This document shows positions 25,373 to 35,212 of a DNA stretch of 64,000 nucleotides, piece by piece; position 1 is the first letter of the stretch; each line of letters starts with the position of its first letter. This DNA is from Leptolyngbyaceae cyanobacterium MO_188.B28 (GTDB taxonomy: Bacteria; Cyanobacteriota; Cyanobacteriia; Phormidesmidales; Phormidesmidaceae). The stretch covers positions 854-64,853 of the forward strand of contig JASJDH010000001.1 of assembly GCA_030065175.1 (NCBI GenBank), written 5' to 3'. The position numbers and the translations under genes are program-made. The notes below the pieces were generated by a model, which was not told the DNA's origin, made no database searches, and was given only the letters and a program-made list of their open reading frames with translations.

Positions 25373-27646
25373 ATGGTTCAACCAAAAATAAAACGAGCCC
25401 AAACAACAACCGTTGAGCCAGTTTTAGAGGTGTCCTACGGCGCTCGTTTTAGCAAGATTCCGCTTCGGGTCAAACGATTGCTTGCTTGGGGGGGGGAGGT
25501 CGCGTTTTTGGCGGTCAGCGCGCTTGGGCCTTTTCACCTGGGGGTGATGGTCGATGGTCGATCAGCGGCGGAGCCGGTTCCCCTCAATCCGGTACTGCTT
25601 CAGACCCAAGATGCGATCGCCCGTACTTTCTTCCTGCCTAAGCAAACGCTGGTTAAGACGGTTGCTCCCCTGACCAATCTGTTATGGTCAGTTGCTTTGG
25701 CGGCGCCAATCTGCTTAACGGGCGTGCACCTTTATGGATTAGCGAAAACGGGACAAAATTGGCCGAAGCGTTGGCTGGGATTACGTGTGACGACTCCAGA
25801 GGGGACGCCGCCTGGACTCCAGAGAGTTATTCGGCGGGAATTGCTCGGGCGTTGGGGAGCCCCGGTCGGGATCGCCTACCTACTGTGGTGTTGGAGCGGC
25901 GCTTTTCCGAGGTTAGGGATTTTGTCTATCCTATCTTTGCTGGCCCTTTTAATGGAAGGTCTTTCTTCTCAGCTCCAACGTAGACAGCGAGCGTTCCACG
26001 ATTTCTTGGCGGATACTCGGGTGGTAGACGCTCGGTCAAGAATAGGCCCGGAGCGGCATTGGAGCCCGACGGGGAGATATTCTTCGCCTGGATATCCAGA
26101 GGGGGGGCATGGGATTCGCTCCTTAGACCGCCCTTTAGATAATGGGGGAGGGGGCGATGCCGAATACTCGCTGATCTGGACGGAGGAATCGGGTGGGCTG
26201 ACATCAATTGTTTTGGCCCCGCGAGCAATGACCCCGCCTGGGCATTTCAATTCCCGGCGAAGTCGCCGATTCGGTTTGATGCTGGGGGGCGTCGCCTTGG
26301 TTGGTCTTTTGGGTTTGGCAGGCGTGCTCGGTTGGGTGTTGACGCATCGCCAACAAAGAATCCATGAGCAAGAATGGGGAGTCAGAAATGATCGAGTTTT
26401 TCTGGCGTTAGTGGAAATGCTGGCGTCAACGGCCAGCCCCCAGGCGATTGAGCACCGCACTGCTATCTTGGCCCTAGCCAGTAGTGAAGATCCGCGCGCT
26501 ATCGCTTTGGTCGCTGATATTCTGGCCCAAACCAGTCATCAAGAGGTGATGGAAGCGGTGCAACAGGCGCTAGTCACCATTGGGCCAGAAGCGCTCCCCG
26601 CCCTCAAACGTTTGAATCAAACCTTACTCAATGATCAAGCCGCCCTTCAACCAGCCGGGACCTCAGGGCAGGGTTCACAATACAGGACCATCGCCCTGAG
26701 GCAATATATGGTGAAGCGAGCGATCGCTAAAATCTTAACCCTCTATAGTGATCAGCTCCACTCGGTTGATCTGCGCCGGACTGATTTGGGTCAAGTTAAA
26801 ACAGGGGTGAGTCAATATCGCCTGGTGTTGGATCAAACCCATTTGGTCGGGATTCAATTTCGGGGCGCTCGACTATCGGGGGCGAGCTTTCGCAAAGGGC
26901 GCTTTTTTGGCGCGGGGGAAGACGCCCGGCCAGGGACATATGATGACTGGATCGCTGACCTGAGTGGGGCGGATCTGAAGGAAACGGATTTTACGGATGC
27001 CGACTTGAATCTGGCTGTCATGCAGAGGAGTAGCTTGCTACGCGCCACTTTCCATCGGGCTAATCTGATGCAAGCGAATTTAACCGGGGCGAATCTCAGC
27101 GGCGCCCGGTTAATTGGAGCCAATTTAAAGCAGGCTATTTTGAATGACGCCAGTCTCACCGGCGGCGATTTGACGGATGCGGATGTTTCCCATGCCTTGC
27201 TGCAAGGCGCCCGATTGGGAAGAGTGAGTGCGGTAGGCGCTGTTTTCCAGAATGCTAATTTGTCGCAATCCAATTGGCAAAATGCGGATTTGACGGATGC
27301 TGACCTGTCCGGGGCCAATTTGCAATCGGCCAATTTGACAGGGGCTCGCCTGAAATATGTCGATCTAAGCGACGCCAATTTGCAGGCGGCCCGACTACGC
27401 GGTTCAAACCTGACGGCAGTTAACCTTCAGGGCGCAAATTTAGCTGAAACAGATTTTCAGGATGCGATCTTTTACCCATCGGGATTTGTGATGAGTCGAG
27501 ATCAATTTATCCAAGCCATCCTGGATAGTGAGGAGACTCATCAGTTTGAAGGGGTTGACTTTAGTCAGGCGATAAATCTAGATGACGACCAACTCACTTA
27601 CATTTGCGCTCAAGGCGGTCTGCATCCGGCTTGCAGGGGACGTTGA
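25373..27646 (+). CDS. multidomain membrane protein: RDD-family N-domain, HEAT-like repeats, C-terminal pentapeptide-repeat domain
   Basis: ATG at 25373 (the ORF track starts at an upstream TTG). RDD-type region VKRLLAWGGEVAFLAV...GQNWPKRWLGLRVTTPEGTPPGLQRVIRRELLGRW. HEAT-like region ILALASSEDPRAIALVADILAQTSHQEVMEAVQQALVTIGPEALPAL. Long pentapeptide run ANLTGANLSGARLIGANLKQAILNDASLTGGDLTDADVS... Confidence 0.8.
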   Translation: MVQPKIKRAQTTTVEPVLEVSYGARFSKIPLRVKRLLAWGGEVAFLAVSALGPFHLGVMVDGRSAAEPVPLNPVLLQTQDAIARTFFLPKQTLVKTVAPLTNLLWSVALAAPICLTGVHLYGLAKTGQNWPKRWLGLRVTTPEGTPPGLQRVIRRELLGRWGAPVGIAYLLWCWSGAFPRLGILSILSLLALLMEGLSSQLQRRQRAFHDFLADTRVVDARSRIGPERHWSPTGRYSSPGYPEGGHGIRSLDRPLDNGGGGDAEYSLIWTEESGGLTSIVLAPRAMTPPGHFNSRRSRRFGLMLGGVALVGLLGLAGVLGWVLTHRQQRIHEQEWGVRNDRVFLALVEMLASTASPQAIEHRTAILALASSEDPRAIALVADILAQTSHQEVMEAVQQALVTIGPEALPALKRLNQTLLNDQAALQPAGTSGQGSQYRTIALRQYMVKRAIAKILTLYSDQLHSVDLRRTDLGQVKTGVSQYRLVLDQTHLVGIQFRGARLSGASFRKGRFFGAGEDARPGTYDDWIADLSGADLKETDFTDADLNLAVMQRSSLLRATFHRANLMQANLTGANLSGARLIGANLKQAILNDASLTGGDLTDADVSHALLQGARLGRVSAVGAVFQNANLSQSNWQNADLTDADLSGANLQSANLTGARLKYVDLSDANLQAARLRGSNLTAVNLQGANLAETDFQDAIFYPSGFVMSRDQFIQAILDSEETHQFEGVDFSQAINLDDDQLTYICAQGGLHPACRGR

Positions 27647-27706
27647 GCGATAGGCCGTAAAGCGGAAGGACCGCTGATTCGCCAGTCAATTTTAGGGTCG
27701 AAGCGC

Positions 27707-28198
27707 CTATTGCTGGAACCATGCGGTTAGCGCCACTGCGAGGGCGTCAGCGGCGTCATCAGGTTTAGGGATTTTTTCCAGGTTGAGCTCCCGGGTCACC
27801 GCTTCCTGAACCGCATATTTATCGGCATTGCCGTACCCTGTCAGCGCCTGCTTAATTTGGGCGGGGGTGAATTCTACAAAGGGGGCTTTGTGTTGGGCGA
27901 GCGCCAGCATAACCACGCCCCGCGCCTGGGCTACCAGAATGGTATTACCCATTCGGTAAAAAAATAGTTTTTCAATCGCCACTAAATCTGGCGGGTATTG
28001 CTTCAGTAAATGATGGAGATCTTCATAGATCATGCAGAGTCGATCGCCGGTTTCAGTGTGGGCGGGGGTTTGGATAATCCCAAAATCCAAAACCGAGATC
28101 GTTGTTCCAGGCTCCCTAGGTCCGACTGAATCGCACTCAATCAGGCCGAATCCTAAGATTGCCAGTCCCGGATCTAATCCCAGGATTCGTTTGGCCAT
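27707..28198 (-). CDS. ruvC: crossover junction endodeoxyribonuclease RuvC
   Basis: 163 aa. [17 protein letters not shown] (catalytic Asp), VAIEKLFF and [10 protein letters not shown] are typical RuvC motifs. Confidence 0.93.
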   Translation of the reverse strand: MAKRILGLDPGLAILGFGLIECDSVGPREPGTTISVLDFGIIQTPAHTETGDRLCMIYEDLHHLLKQYPPDLVAIEKLFFYRMGNTILVAQARGVVMLALAQHKAPFVEFTPAQIKQALTGYGNADKYAVQEAVTRELNLEKIPKPDDAADALAVALTAWFQQ

Positions 28199-28234
28199 CT
28201 GAAAAGTTGTTGATTAGTTAACGGGCAGCTCAAG

Positions 28235-29344
28235 TTAGCGGACGCTAGAGGTCTTTAGGCCATTGACTTGAGCCCTGTCTTCAGCCTCCACAAGGCCAAA
28301 AACCTGCCGGAAAAATTTATCCACCTTATAGCCAGAATCGATAGATTCCAAAGGATCTTTCCGCAGACGATGACGCAGGCAAAGGCCAATCACTCTTCGA
28401 ATATCATTCACTTCGACTGCAGTGCGTCCTTCGTAAGCGGCTAGAGCTTTGGCTGCGCGATTGGTGACGATATCTCCCCGCAACCCGTCAACATCTAATT
28501 CAGAACAAACCTGAGAAATCTTTATTCGATACTCGTGCTCAATGGTGACGGATTTTAGGCGCCCTTGGGCTTCGATTAATTGCTGCTGCAGTTCCAGTTG
28601 CTTTGACTGATATTGTTCGATAAAGGCTTGAGGATCTTGGTCAAAGGCAGCGCGTTGCTCCACAATTTGGACCCGCAGAGCAGGCTCCTTAACCGTATGG
28701 ATTTCGGCATGCATGCCAAATCGGTCCAACAGTTGGGGCCGGAGTTCTCCCTCTTCAGGGTTGCCTGAGCCGACCAGGACAAATTGAGCCGGATGCCGAA
28801 TGGAGATTCCTTCCCGTTCAACTGTGTTCCAACCCGAAGCAGCGGAGTCCAATAGGACATCTACTAGATGATCGTCCAGCAAATTGACCTCATCGACATA
28901 CAGAATGCCGCGGTTGGCCTTGGCCAGCAAGCCGGGTTCAAAGGCTTTTACCCCTTCTGACAGGGCCTTTTCGATGTCGATTGTGCCGCAAACTCGATCC
29001 TCCGTCGCCCCTAACGGCAGGTCTACCATCGGTGTTTTCTTGTGAGTTACCTGAATGTTTTCAGGCGCTAGTTCATTCAAAACATCTGGGTCATCGGGAG
29101 GGCGATTAAATGGGTCGTTATTCACCACTGAGATCGCTGGCAACAGATCCGCCAGGGCTCTGATGGTGGTTGACTTACCTGTCCCGCGATCGCCCATGAT
29201 CATCACCCCGCCTACTTTAGGGTCAATCACATTCAGCAGCAGGGCCAATTTCATATCTTCCTGGCCGATGACCGCTGTGAAAGGAAACACAATGCGATGG
29301 GGAACTAATGCTTGGTTAAGACTTGATTCAGGGGTAGAACTCAC
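28235..29344 (-). CDS. chlI: magnesium chelatase ATPase subunit I
   Basis: 369 aa. [57 protein letters not shown] and [22 protein letters not shown] are canonical ChlI/BchI AAA+ motifs. Confidence 0.96.
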   Translation of the reverse strand: MSSTPESSLNQALVPHRIVFPFTAVIGQEDMKLALLLNVIDPKVGGVMIMGDRGTGKSTTIRALADLLPAISVVNNDPFNRPPDDPDVLNELAPENIQVTHKKTPMVDLPLGATEDRVCGTIDIEKALSEGVKAFEPGLLAKANRGILYVDEVNLLDDHLVDVLLDSAASGWNTVEREGISIRHPAQFVLVGSGNPEEGELRPQLLDRFGMHAEIHTVKEPALRVQIVEQRAAFDQDPQAFIEQYQSKQLELQQQLIEAQGRLKSVTIEHEYRIKISQVCSELDVDGLRGDIVTNRAAKALAAYEGRTAVEVNDIRRVIGLCLRHRLRKDPLESIDSGYKVDKFFRQVFGLVEAEDRAQVNGLKTSSVR

Positions 29345-29616
29345 GAATTTCCTAGGCTTAAAGGTGATCTAACGGCTGTCCCTCATTGTGCCATACAACC
29401 CACCCATGTTTGAGTGTCTGGCGGCGAGACCGACGCCATGGAAGCGCATCCCATAACAAAAGGATTGGTTCAGCAGGCGACTCAAAACCGTTATTTAGCG
29501 CCATCAAGAATAAGGGGCTGAACAATATAGCGAATAAGAATGACTGTAAGTCCAAAGCTTACTCGCTGGTGTTCCGCCCCTGCTAACTTGTTATGAACGA
29601 TATGAAACGATGAGTA

Positions 29617-30735
29617 TTAACGGATGTATTCCTTCAAAACGCTGTTGCGGTTGGGATGGCGTAGCTTACGCAGAGCTTTTGCTTCAATTTGCCGAATCCG
29701 CTCACGGGTGACGTTAAAAATTTGGCCAATTTCTTCCAATGTCTTCATGCGGCCATCATCTAGGCCGTAGCGAAGCCGTAGCACATCTCTCTCACGGGGG
29801 CTTAGGGTGCCTAAAACGCTTTCCAGATCTTCCCTCAGAAGGCTCTTCGAAACTTGATCCTCAGGCGTTTCTCCATCAGATTCGATAAAGTCTCCCAATC
29901 GAGAATCTTCTTCCTTCCCGATGGGTGTTTCAAGGGAAATGGGAAGTTGAGCTGACTTAGCGATAAATCTCAACTTTTCAATGGTCATTTCCATCCGAGT
30001 GGCGATTTCTTCCTCGGTGGGCTTACGACCCAGTTCTTGAGAAAGCAGCTTAGTGGTTTTCTTGATCCGAGAGATGGTTTCGTAAAGGTGAACGGGTAAA
30101 CGAATGGTGCGGGATTGATCCGCGATCGCGCGGGTAATCGCCTGACGGATCCACCAAGTCGCATAGGTTGAGAACTTGTATCCCTTTTCGTGGTCAAATT
30201 TCTCAGCGGCTCGAATCAGACCTAAACTGCCTTCTTGAATCAAATCTTGGAAGGACAAACCCCGATTCATATATTTCTTGGCGATGGAGACCACGAGCCG
30301 CAGGTTGGACTGCACCATTTTGTCCTTAGCCCGACGACCCAAGTGGAGGCGACGGCGGAATGCAGGCAAAGGCATATCTACCGCTTCAGCCCATTCGCCA
30401 TCTTGAGGTTCACGCTCTAGAGTCTCGGTTAACTTTTCCCGAATCCTTTCAAGTTCCAATAGATCCGCGATCTTACGAGCCAGTTCGATCTCCTCTTCCG
30501 CCCTCAGGAGTCGAATGCGGCCTATTTCCTGAAGATAGAGGCGAATAGAGTCTTCGGTGTAATGCTTCTTTTTAGTCTGAGTACGACGGCGAGTCGCCTT
30601 GCCCTTTGCTGTTTTACTTTGTTCCTCATCCTCTACTGGAGTCTCAAAGTTCTCGTCCCCACCTTGATCGAGTAAGAGGTCCAATTCGCTCTCAGGATGC
30701 GCAATGGTTCCGAGTAATCCGTTCGCCTGGGTCAT
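29617..30735 (-). CDS. sigA: RNA polymerase principal (group 1) sigma-70 factor
   Basis: 372 aa. Region 1.2 [16 protein letters not shown], region 2 [55 protein letters not shown], region 4 [48 protein letters not shown]. Confidence 0.95.
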   Translation of the reverse strand: MTQANGLLGTIAHPESELDLLLDQGGDENFETPVEDEEQSKTAKGKATRRRTQTKKKHYTEDSIRLYLQEIGRIRLLRAEEEIELARKIADLLELERIREKLTETLEREPQDGEWAEAVDMPLPAFRRRLHLGRRAKDKMVQSNLRLVVSIAKKYMNRGLSFQDLIQEGSLGLIRAAEKFDHEKGYKFSTYATWWIRQAITRAIADQSRTIRLPVHLYETISRIKKTTKLLSQELGRKPTEEEIATRMEMTIEKLRFIAKSAQLPISLETPIGKEEDSRLGDFIESDGETPEDQVSKSLLREDLESVLGTLSPRERDVLRLRYGLDDGRMKTLEEIGQIFNVTRERIRQIEAKALRKLRHPNRNSVLKEYIR

Positions 30736-31480
30736 GCCGCTTTCCTCATGCTCCTTATGTAGGTCAAAATCAAACGCAGTCAGCTTAGAACCAAAGCATG
30801 CCGCCTAGGTCGGCAATGCTATTCGCCTAAATGGCTTAACTCATAAATGCAAGGTTCCTAAGCAAGAACCACTAGTAAGACACATCAGTTTAGCAAAGTG
30901 TCTATGGGTTCAGCTCCAAGAAATACGGCGCTGATACAGATGCACCACAACCTTGTCAGATTCTGCTAAACGCTATGAAAGACTTTCCGATTGTAGCTTT
31001 TCTGACAGTAAATGCACCACATCCAAATCCGAAATTCATTCAAATATTTAATCAGTTTTTCATATTTTCTGGGAACTTCCTTGTAGGCTCTACAGCCTAA
31101 GCAAGGATTCCAGGCTTGATATCGCCTCTTGTTCTAAGATAACGACTTCGGTCCAATATGGGAGTTGAGTTTGTAAAAAGCAATGATTTTGATTGAAGTG
31201 ACGATTTACTTTGGGTTAAAAATTTTTAATTAGATAATATTTCGCTTTCCTGTTGATAGGAGAAAAGGCGAATACTTTTTTGGGGTACGGCCTATCTTTA
31301 GGCTGGTATGTGGGGCCAGATTTCTCAAGTAGGCGGCGGCTCTAAGCCTTGGAAACCAGCAGGCAGGGGGCTTGAAGCGACCAGATTCTAACTGTTGGTT
31401 TGGCTCCAAACTGAATTTAACTAGGTGAGTCAATGCCTATTTTTTGTTTCTGAATTGTATTGTCTTTTACAATTTCCGGA

Positions 31481-32164
31481 TTAAAAATATTGTCGCCAAA
31501 GATCGTCAACGGTTACAAACTGATAGCCTTGAGCTTGTAATCGGGGGATCAATAATGCAGCGATTTCAGCCACATCCTCCCCACCGTACATTCCATCATG
31601 GAGGACAATTAATGCGCCGTTTCGCACCCATTTCATGATCCGTTTCACCACTGTTGAGACGCCGGGACTGACCCAATCCTCCGGCGCAATTGTCCACATA
31701 ACAGGGCGGTATTGCTCTTGCCGGAGTTGTTGGAGAATGTGCGGCGTGAACAAACCATTGGGGGGGCGGACATCCCGAATTCGTTGCTTGACTTCAGACG
31801 GGGTGAGTTGACAGGCGTTAGCGATCGCACCCTGAGTGCGAACTAGACTTTGAGTCAATTCCGCACTGGATAAACGGGGAAAGGATCGATGAGTATATCC
31901 GTGAAGACCAATCCAATGCCCTTGTTGGTAGGTTGAGTGAGCAACTGCCGGGGCCTGTTCTACACAGCGTCCCAACCAAAAGAAACTGGCCGAAATTTCA
32001 GAGCGTTCCAGCACCTTCAACAGCTGTGGCGTATACCTAGGGTGAGGTCCATCATCAAACGAAAGAGCCACAATAGGCTGCGTTGTCTTTCCTTTCCAAA
32101 GACACCCCGGAAATATCGGTTCAAGAACGTGAGGAACAAAAGAATAGAGCGAGGCGAATTCCAT
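31481..32164 (-). CDS. polysaccharide deacetylase family protein (NodB homology domain)
   Basis: VALSFDDGPHP (the TFDDG-type motif), FFWLG and IGLHGYTHRSF. The start is moved to ATG 32164, because the ORF-track start at 32308 would overlap the upstream gene. Confidence 0.8.
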   Translation of the reverse strand: MEFASLYSFVPHVLEPIFPGCLWKGKTTQPIVALSFDDGPHPRYTPQLLKVLERSEISASFFWLGRCVEQAPAVAHSTYQQGHWIGLHGYTHRSFPRLSSAELTQSLVRTQGAIANACQLTPSEVKQRIRDVRPPNGLFTPHILQQLRQEQYRPVMWTIAPEDWVSPGVSTVVKRIMKWVRNGALIVLHDGMYGGEDVAEIAALLIPRLQAQGYQFVTVDDLWRQYF

Positions 32165-32184
32165 CTCAGCCTTCCATCTCAGTG

Positions 32185-32580
32185 TCAAGTCGCCCAACAA
32201 CAAGCCTGTTTGACAATAGCAGATTCCACAAGGGAGCTGAGTACATCCCGGCTGAGAGGCTTCACTAAGAAACCGTCTAAGCCGGGGTGATCCTCCTGAT
32301 GAGACCAACTTGGATTGCTGGAGTCGGTCAAGGCGACGATCGTCACCCCATTTGTCTTAACGGTCTGGCGCAATCGATAGACTAATGTATCTGACCAGTT
32401 TGGGTTATCCCCAGACAAAATAACGAGGTAAGGCGCTGCTTGGCTTGCTTGGGCGACTGCCTGGTCGGGTGACTCGGCAATCAATACAGAGCAACTCAGC
32501 TTCGACAGAATGGACTTTACGACCTGAAGGTCTTCAGATGGCTGGTCGACAACTAAGATATAGCCCTGAGGTACTTTCAT
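32185..32580 (-). CDS. single-domain receiver (REC)-like protein, atypical active-site positions
   Basis: 131 aa. The beta1 ILVVDQPSED, beta4 IVALTD and beta5 FLVKPL positions are receiver-like. The beta3 segment YLVILSGDNP has Ser where the phospho-acceptor Asp normally aligns. The stop lies 20 nt upstream of the deacetylase start. Confidence 0.65.
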   Translation of the reverse strand: MKVPQGYILVVDQPSEDLQVVKSILSKLSCSVLIAESPDQAVAQASQAAPYLVILSGDNPNWSDTLVYRLRQTVKTNGVTIVALTDSSNPSWSHQEDHPGLDGFLVKPLSRDVLSSLVESAIVKQACCWAT

Positions 32581-33424
32581 AAGAGCTGGGTTGATTTGCT
32601 ATTAATCGTACCTGGATGTACTCCGATAGTTTTACTCGGAATCAGCGTCAGAAACCTTTCAGCTAAACTCATTCAAGCTAACGGGGGCTAATTTAGGGTC
32701 TTACATTTTTTTTAGGCTTTAAAGACTCAATGAATCGCAATATTTCTTATGTTTTTAGTAATGGAAAGAGTCATCAGAAACCCAAAGTTAATAATCTTTG
32801 ATTTATCTCCATGCAAGCCCCATCTCCTTTTGTTTGGGCAAGCGGCAGACTGCTCTTCGAGCCGGGTCGTTGAAAAGTGGTTATGCTGTTGGGTCTTTAC
32901 ATGCAGCGGGTTTGCAATCGTGACAGTCCGCTGGATATGAATACTGAAGGTTGTGTAGAAAACAATACGTTTTCGGTCATTCGAGATGAATTAATCGGTT
33001 CCATCGTGAATGCTCAGTGAGCATACTCTAAACGGAATAGAACCGCTTAGAACCGTTTTGATTGATCAGGCTATTTCTTAATACCCAATTTAAATTCAGG
33101 CTTTAAACTATCGTTCTATTTTCTTTAGGTGTTTTCTTGGAGGGAAAAAGACCTTGATGTTCAAAAGAGAGGATTAATTTAAGTTTTTTAGCTGCTCATG
33201 AAATATCCATTAAGCTCAATTTAATTCATGTAAAATAAGTTTTTTGCTTGTGAAGCCTTTGATTGGATATCTTTACCGGTTTTAGGTGTTTGGTGGGATA
33301 TTCCTGTGAGCCGAAAATTATCTGAAGAAAAAATAATTGGGTTGAGTTTCCGTGCTTGACTGATGTTGGATACTCGAATTCCTTCTGAATAGGCTGTTGA
33401 GGGATCTGGAGCGCCGTAACATCC

Positions 33425-33447
33425 CAGCCGTCAGTGGATGACGGCTG
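33425..33447 (-). terminator. candidate terminator hairpin just downstream of thyX
   Basis: A perfect 9-bp stem CAGCCGTCA / TGACGGCTG with a 5-nt loop, 30 nt beyond the thyX stop. There is no clear U-tract. Confidence 0.4.
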
Positions 33448-33476
33448 CTAATGGAACTTCATTCGTGGACAGATTC

Positions 33477-34208
33477 CTACGGAGCCAGTCTTGCCTTTTT
33501 TAAGCGATTTTCCTCATACCATTGGGCGATCTCGGGAGTCCACGCTTTAAAGTGGGGCCAGATGTGTTCGCAGAGTTTCTGCGCTTCCAACTGGGCGTCT
33601 GCCTTCCATCTCAGGTCGAGTAAATGCATCAACGATCGCACATTGGCGGATAGCACCCAATGTTGCCGGACATCGAAGGGCACCAGGCCCCGAGCATGCT
33701 CTTCGGAAAATCCCTGTTGAATTCGCGCCTGATAGCGACGACAGGCAGTGGCGCACCACTCTAGATCCTCTTGTCGTTGGGCCTGGGTGTACTCATAGCG
33801 TTTCCCCTGGCGATCGCTGTAAAAACCTGCCGGACGCAAGTAAAATACCTCTTCTACTGATTTTAGACCTTTAGCTGCGTCAGTAATGCGACTCCCGGTA
33901 TAGCGGAATGATTGGACGTCAAAGCTAACCCCTACTCGATGGGTTCTAATCTGCTGCATGGTGGAATGGGGAAACCAACCACAGTTGAGCACAATTTGAG
34001 GATGCTCCAACGGTCCATAATGCCCTCGTCCGCCTTTAAGGAGATGTTTAATGACAAGGGCTCCGCTCTCAGCTTCATCGGGCCAGCGATCCTGCTCATC
34101 CCAAACAAATCCCTCCGCATAGTCTTGATGCATCGCTGCATAGATGGTCTGTTGGGGATTGGGGGTTTGGGCGATAACTTCAACCTTGAAGCGATCCATA
34201 AGCGGCAA
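33477..34208 (-). CDS. thyX: FAD-dependent thymidylate synthase
   Basis: 243 aa. ThyX-type signature region QQIRTHRVGVSFDVQSFRY, and the C-terminal NVRSLMHLLDLR...AQLEAQ region. Confidence 0.88.
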   Translation of the reverse strand: MPLMDRFKVEVIAQTPNPQQTIYAAMHQDYAEGFVWDEQDRWPDEAESGALVIKHLLKGGRGHYGPLEHPQIVLNCGWFPHSTMQQIRTHRVGVSFDVQSFRYTGSRITDAAKGLKSVEEVFYLRPAGFYSDRQGKRYEYTQAQRQEDLEWCATACRRYQARIQQGFSEEHARGLVPFDVRQHWVLSANVRSLMHLLDLRWKADAQLEAQKLCEHIWPHFKAWTPEIAQWYEENRLKKARLAP

Positions 34209-34245
34209 TCAGTAGAGAAAGAAGAATTAAGACCAGGGATGAGAT

Positions 34246-35130
34246 TTACGGTTCTACGTATTCAACTTGACGAGGCTGGATGGGATGGCTGGATCGGACT
34301 TGACCCTGGGAGCGGTTAAGCGCCATAGGCCCTGCTAGGGGCGGAGTTCCTGTCGGTAATTGCGAGTTCGGGGAGACCGATTCAGGCTTGGGATTTAATA
34401 ATTGAAGACTCTTCCTGATGGCTGCACGGATGATGGCTTCTGGTTCTTGCTGAAGCATGAGGCGGAAACAATCGGTTACGTGGGACCTCGGCGACAGGTG
34501 AGTGGCATCTAAGTCAAGTTGCTTTAATTGGGGTTGGGTCGCTAAATGCGTTACCTGGCGCACTGCAATCAGACGCTTGAGCGGATTGGGATGAGTCAAA
34601 TCGTTGAGGACTTGTTCTAAATCGCTAGACTGCGGCGATGGATCCAAACCAGGCTGAGACATTCGACAGATCAGCAAGCAGAAGATAGCGACCGTGAAAA
34701 ATCCTTGCAGAATATGCCCCGTGGCCAGCCAGTAATTTTCCGCTTCGGCCATGATCGAGGCGGCCATATAAACCCCCATCGCGGAGACTATACTCAACCC
34801 CGCCATGGAGATGGGCGTTAGCGTTAAGGACGGCTTCACCGCGTTAGGACTGGGTTGAAACAGTCTGGCCGCAGGGATCAAGTCTCTCTGATTCAACCAG
34901 TCTAGTAGTTTGAAGGAGCCTAATCCGGCTAAGATCGCCAACATTAACCGCCCGTTGATAATGAACAGCGTTAGGCCCGTCAGCGCCGACAACCAAATTT
35001 TATGCTCCAACGGACTCAGAGGCCGCCGCCCCTGAAGAGCCCCGAGAGAATTGCGCACTTGATGAGTGAACGTTTGGGTCAGCTTCGCGGTTAAAGCAAA
35101 AGTTTCCTGCCAGGATCCTGCCTGTATCAC
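34246..35130 (-). CDS. hypothetical polytopic membrane protein
   Basis: 294 aa with about 4 hydrophobic helices, followed by a soluble tail carrying one HEAT-like segment (HPNPLKRLIAVRQVTHLA). Its stop lies 37 nt upstream of the thyX start, so co-transcription is likely. Confidence 0.5.
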   Translation of the reverse strand: MIQAGSWQETFALTAKLTQTFTHQVRNSLGALQGRRPLSPLEHKIWLSALTGLTLFIINGRLMLAILAGLGSFKLLDWLNQRDLIPAARLFQPSPNAVKPSLTLTPISMAGLSIVSAMGVYMAASIMAEAENYWLATGHILQGFFTVAIFCLLICRMSQPGLDPSPQSSDLEQVLNDLTHPNPLKRLIAVRQVTHLATQPQLKQLDLDATHLSPRSHVTDCFRLMLQQEPEAIIRAAIRKSLQLLNPKPESVSPNSQLPTGTPPLAGPMALNRSQGQVRSSHPIQPRQVEYVEP

Positions 35131-35212
35131 TTTACTTAACTTAAATCCTGTGATGTGTTGAGTCTAAGGCAATCCTAAGACAAAATGCTGTCAGCGGCTA
35201 CAAACTTAAAGC

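Noticed and set aside
25684-27378. ORFs overlapping the RDD/HEAT/pentapeptide gene in other frames or on the other strand (25684-25983, 25926-26228, 25969-26460, 26854-27378, 27125-27325).
   Set aside because: No motifs are present, the composition is biased, and they are nested in a gene with clear domain signatures. The 174-aa antisense ORF is the mirror image of the pentapeptide repeats.
29358-29555. A 65-aa minus-strand ORF with a hydrophobic N-terminus between sigA and chlI.
   Set aside because: It could be a small membrane protein, but nothing supports it beyond hydrophobicity. A plus-strand ORF of similar length overlaps it, so there is not enough evidence to call it.
31481-32308. The full-length 275-aa version of the deacetylase ORF, and the long versions of uppP (to 44171), FAH (to 57361), rpsF (from 57332), nadB (from 47458) and Tic20-like (from 55874).
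   Set aside because: The N-terminal extensions lack family similarity and overlap upstream genes or divergent promoters. Internal ATGs with better context, several of them with AAGGAG-type sites, give family-typical lengths.
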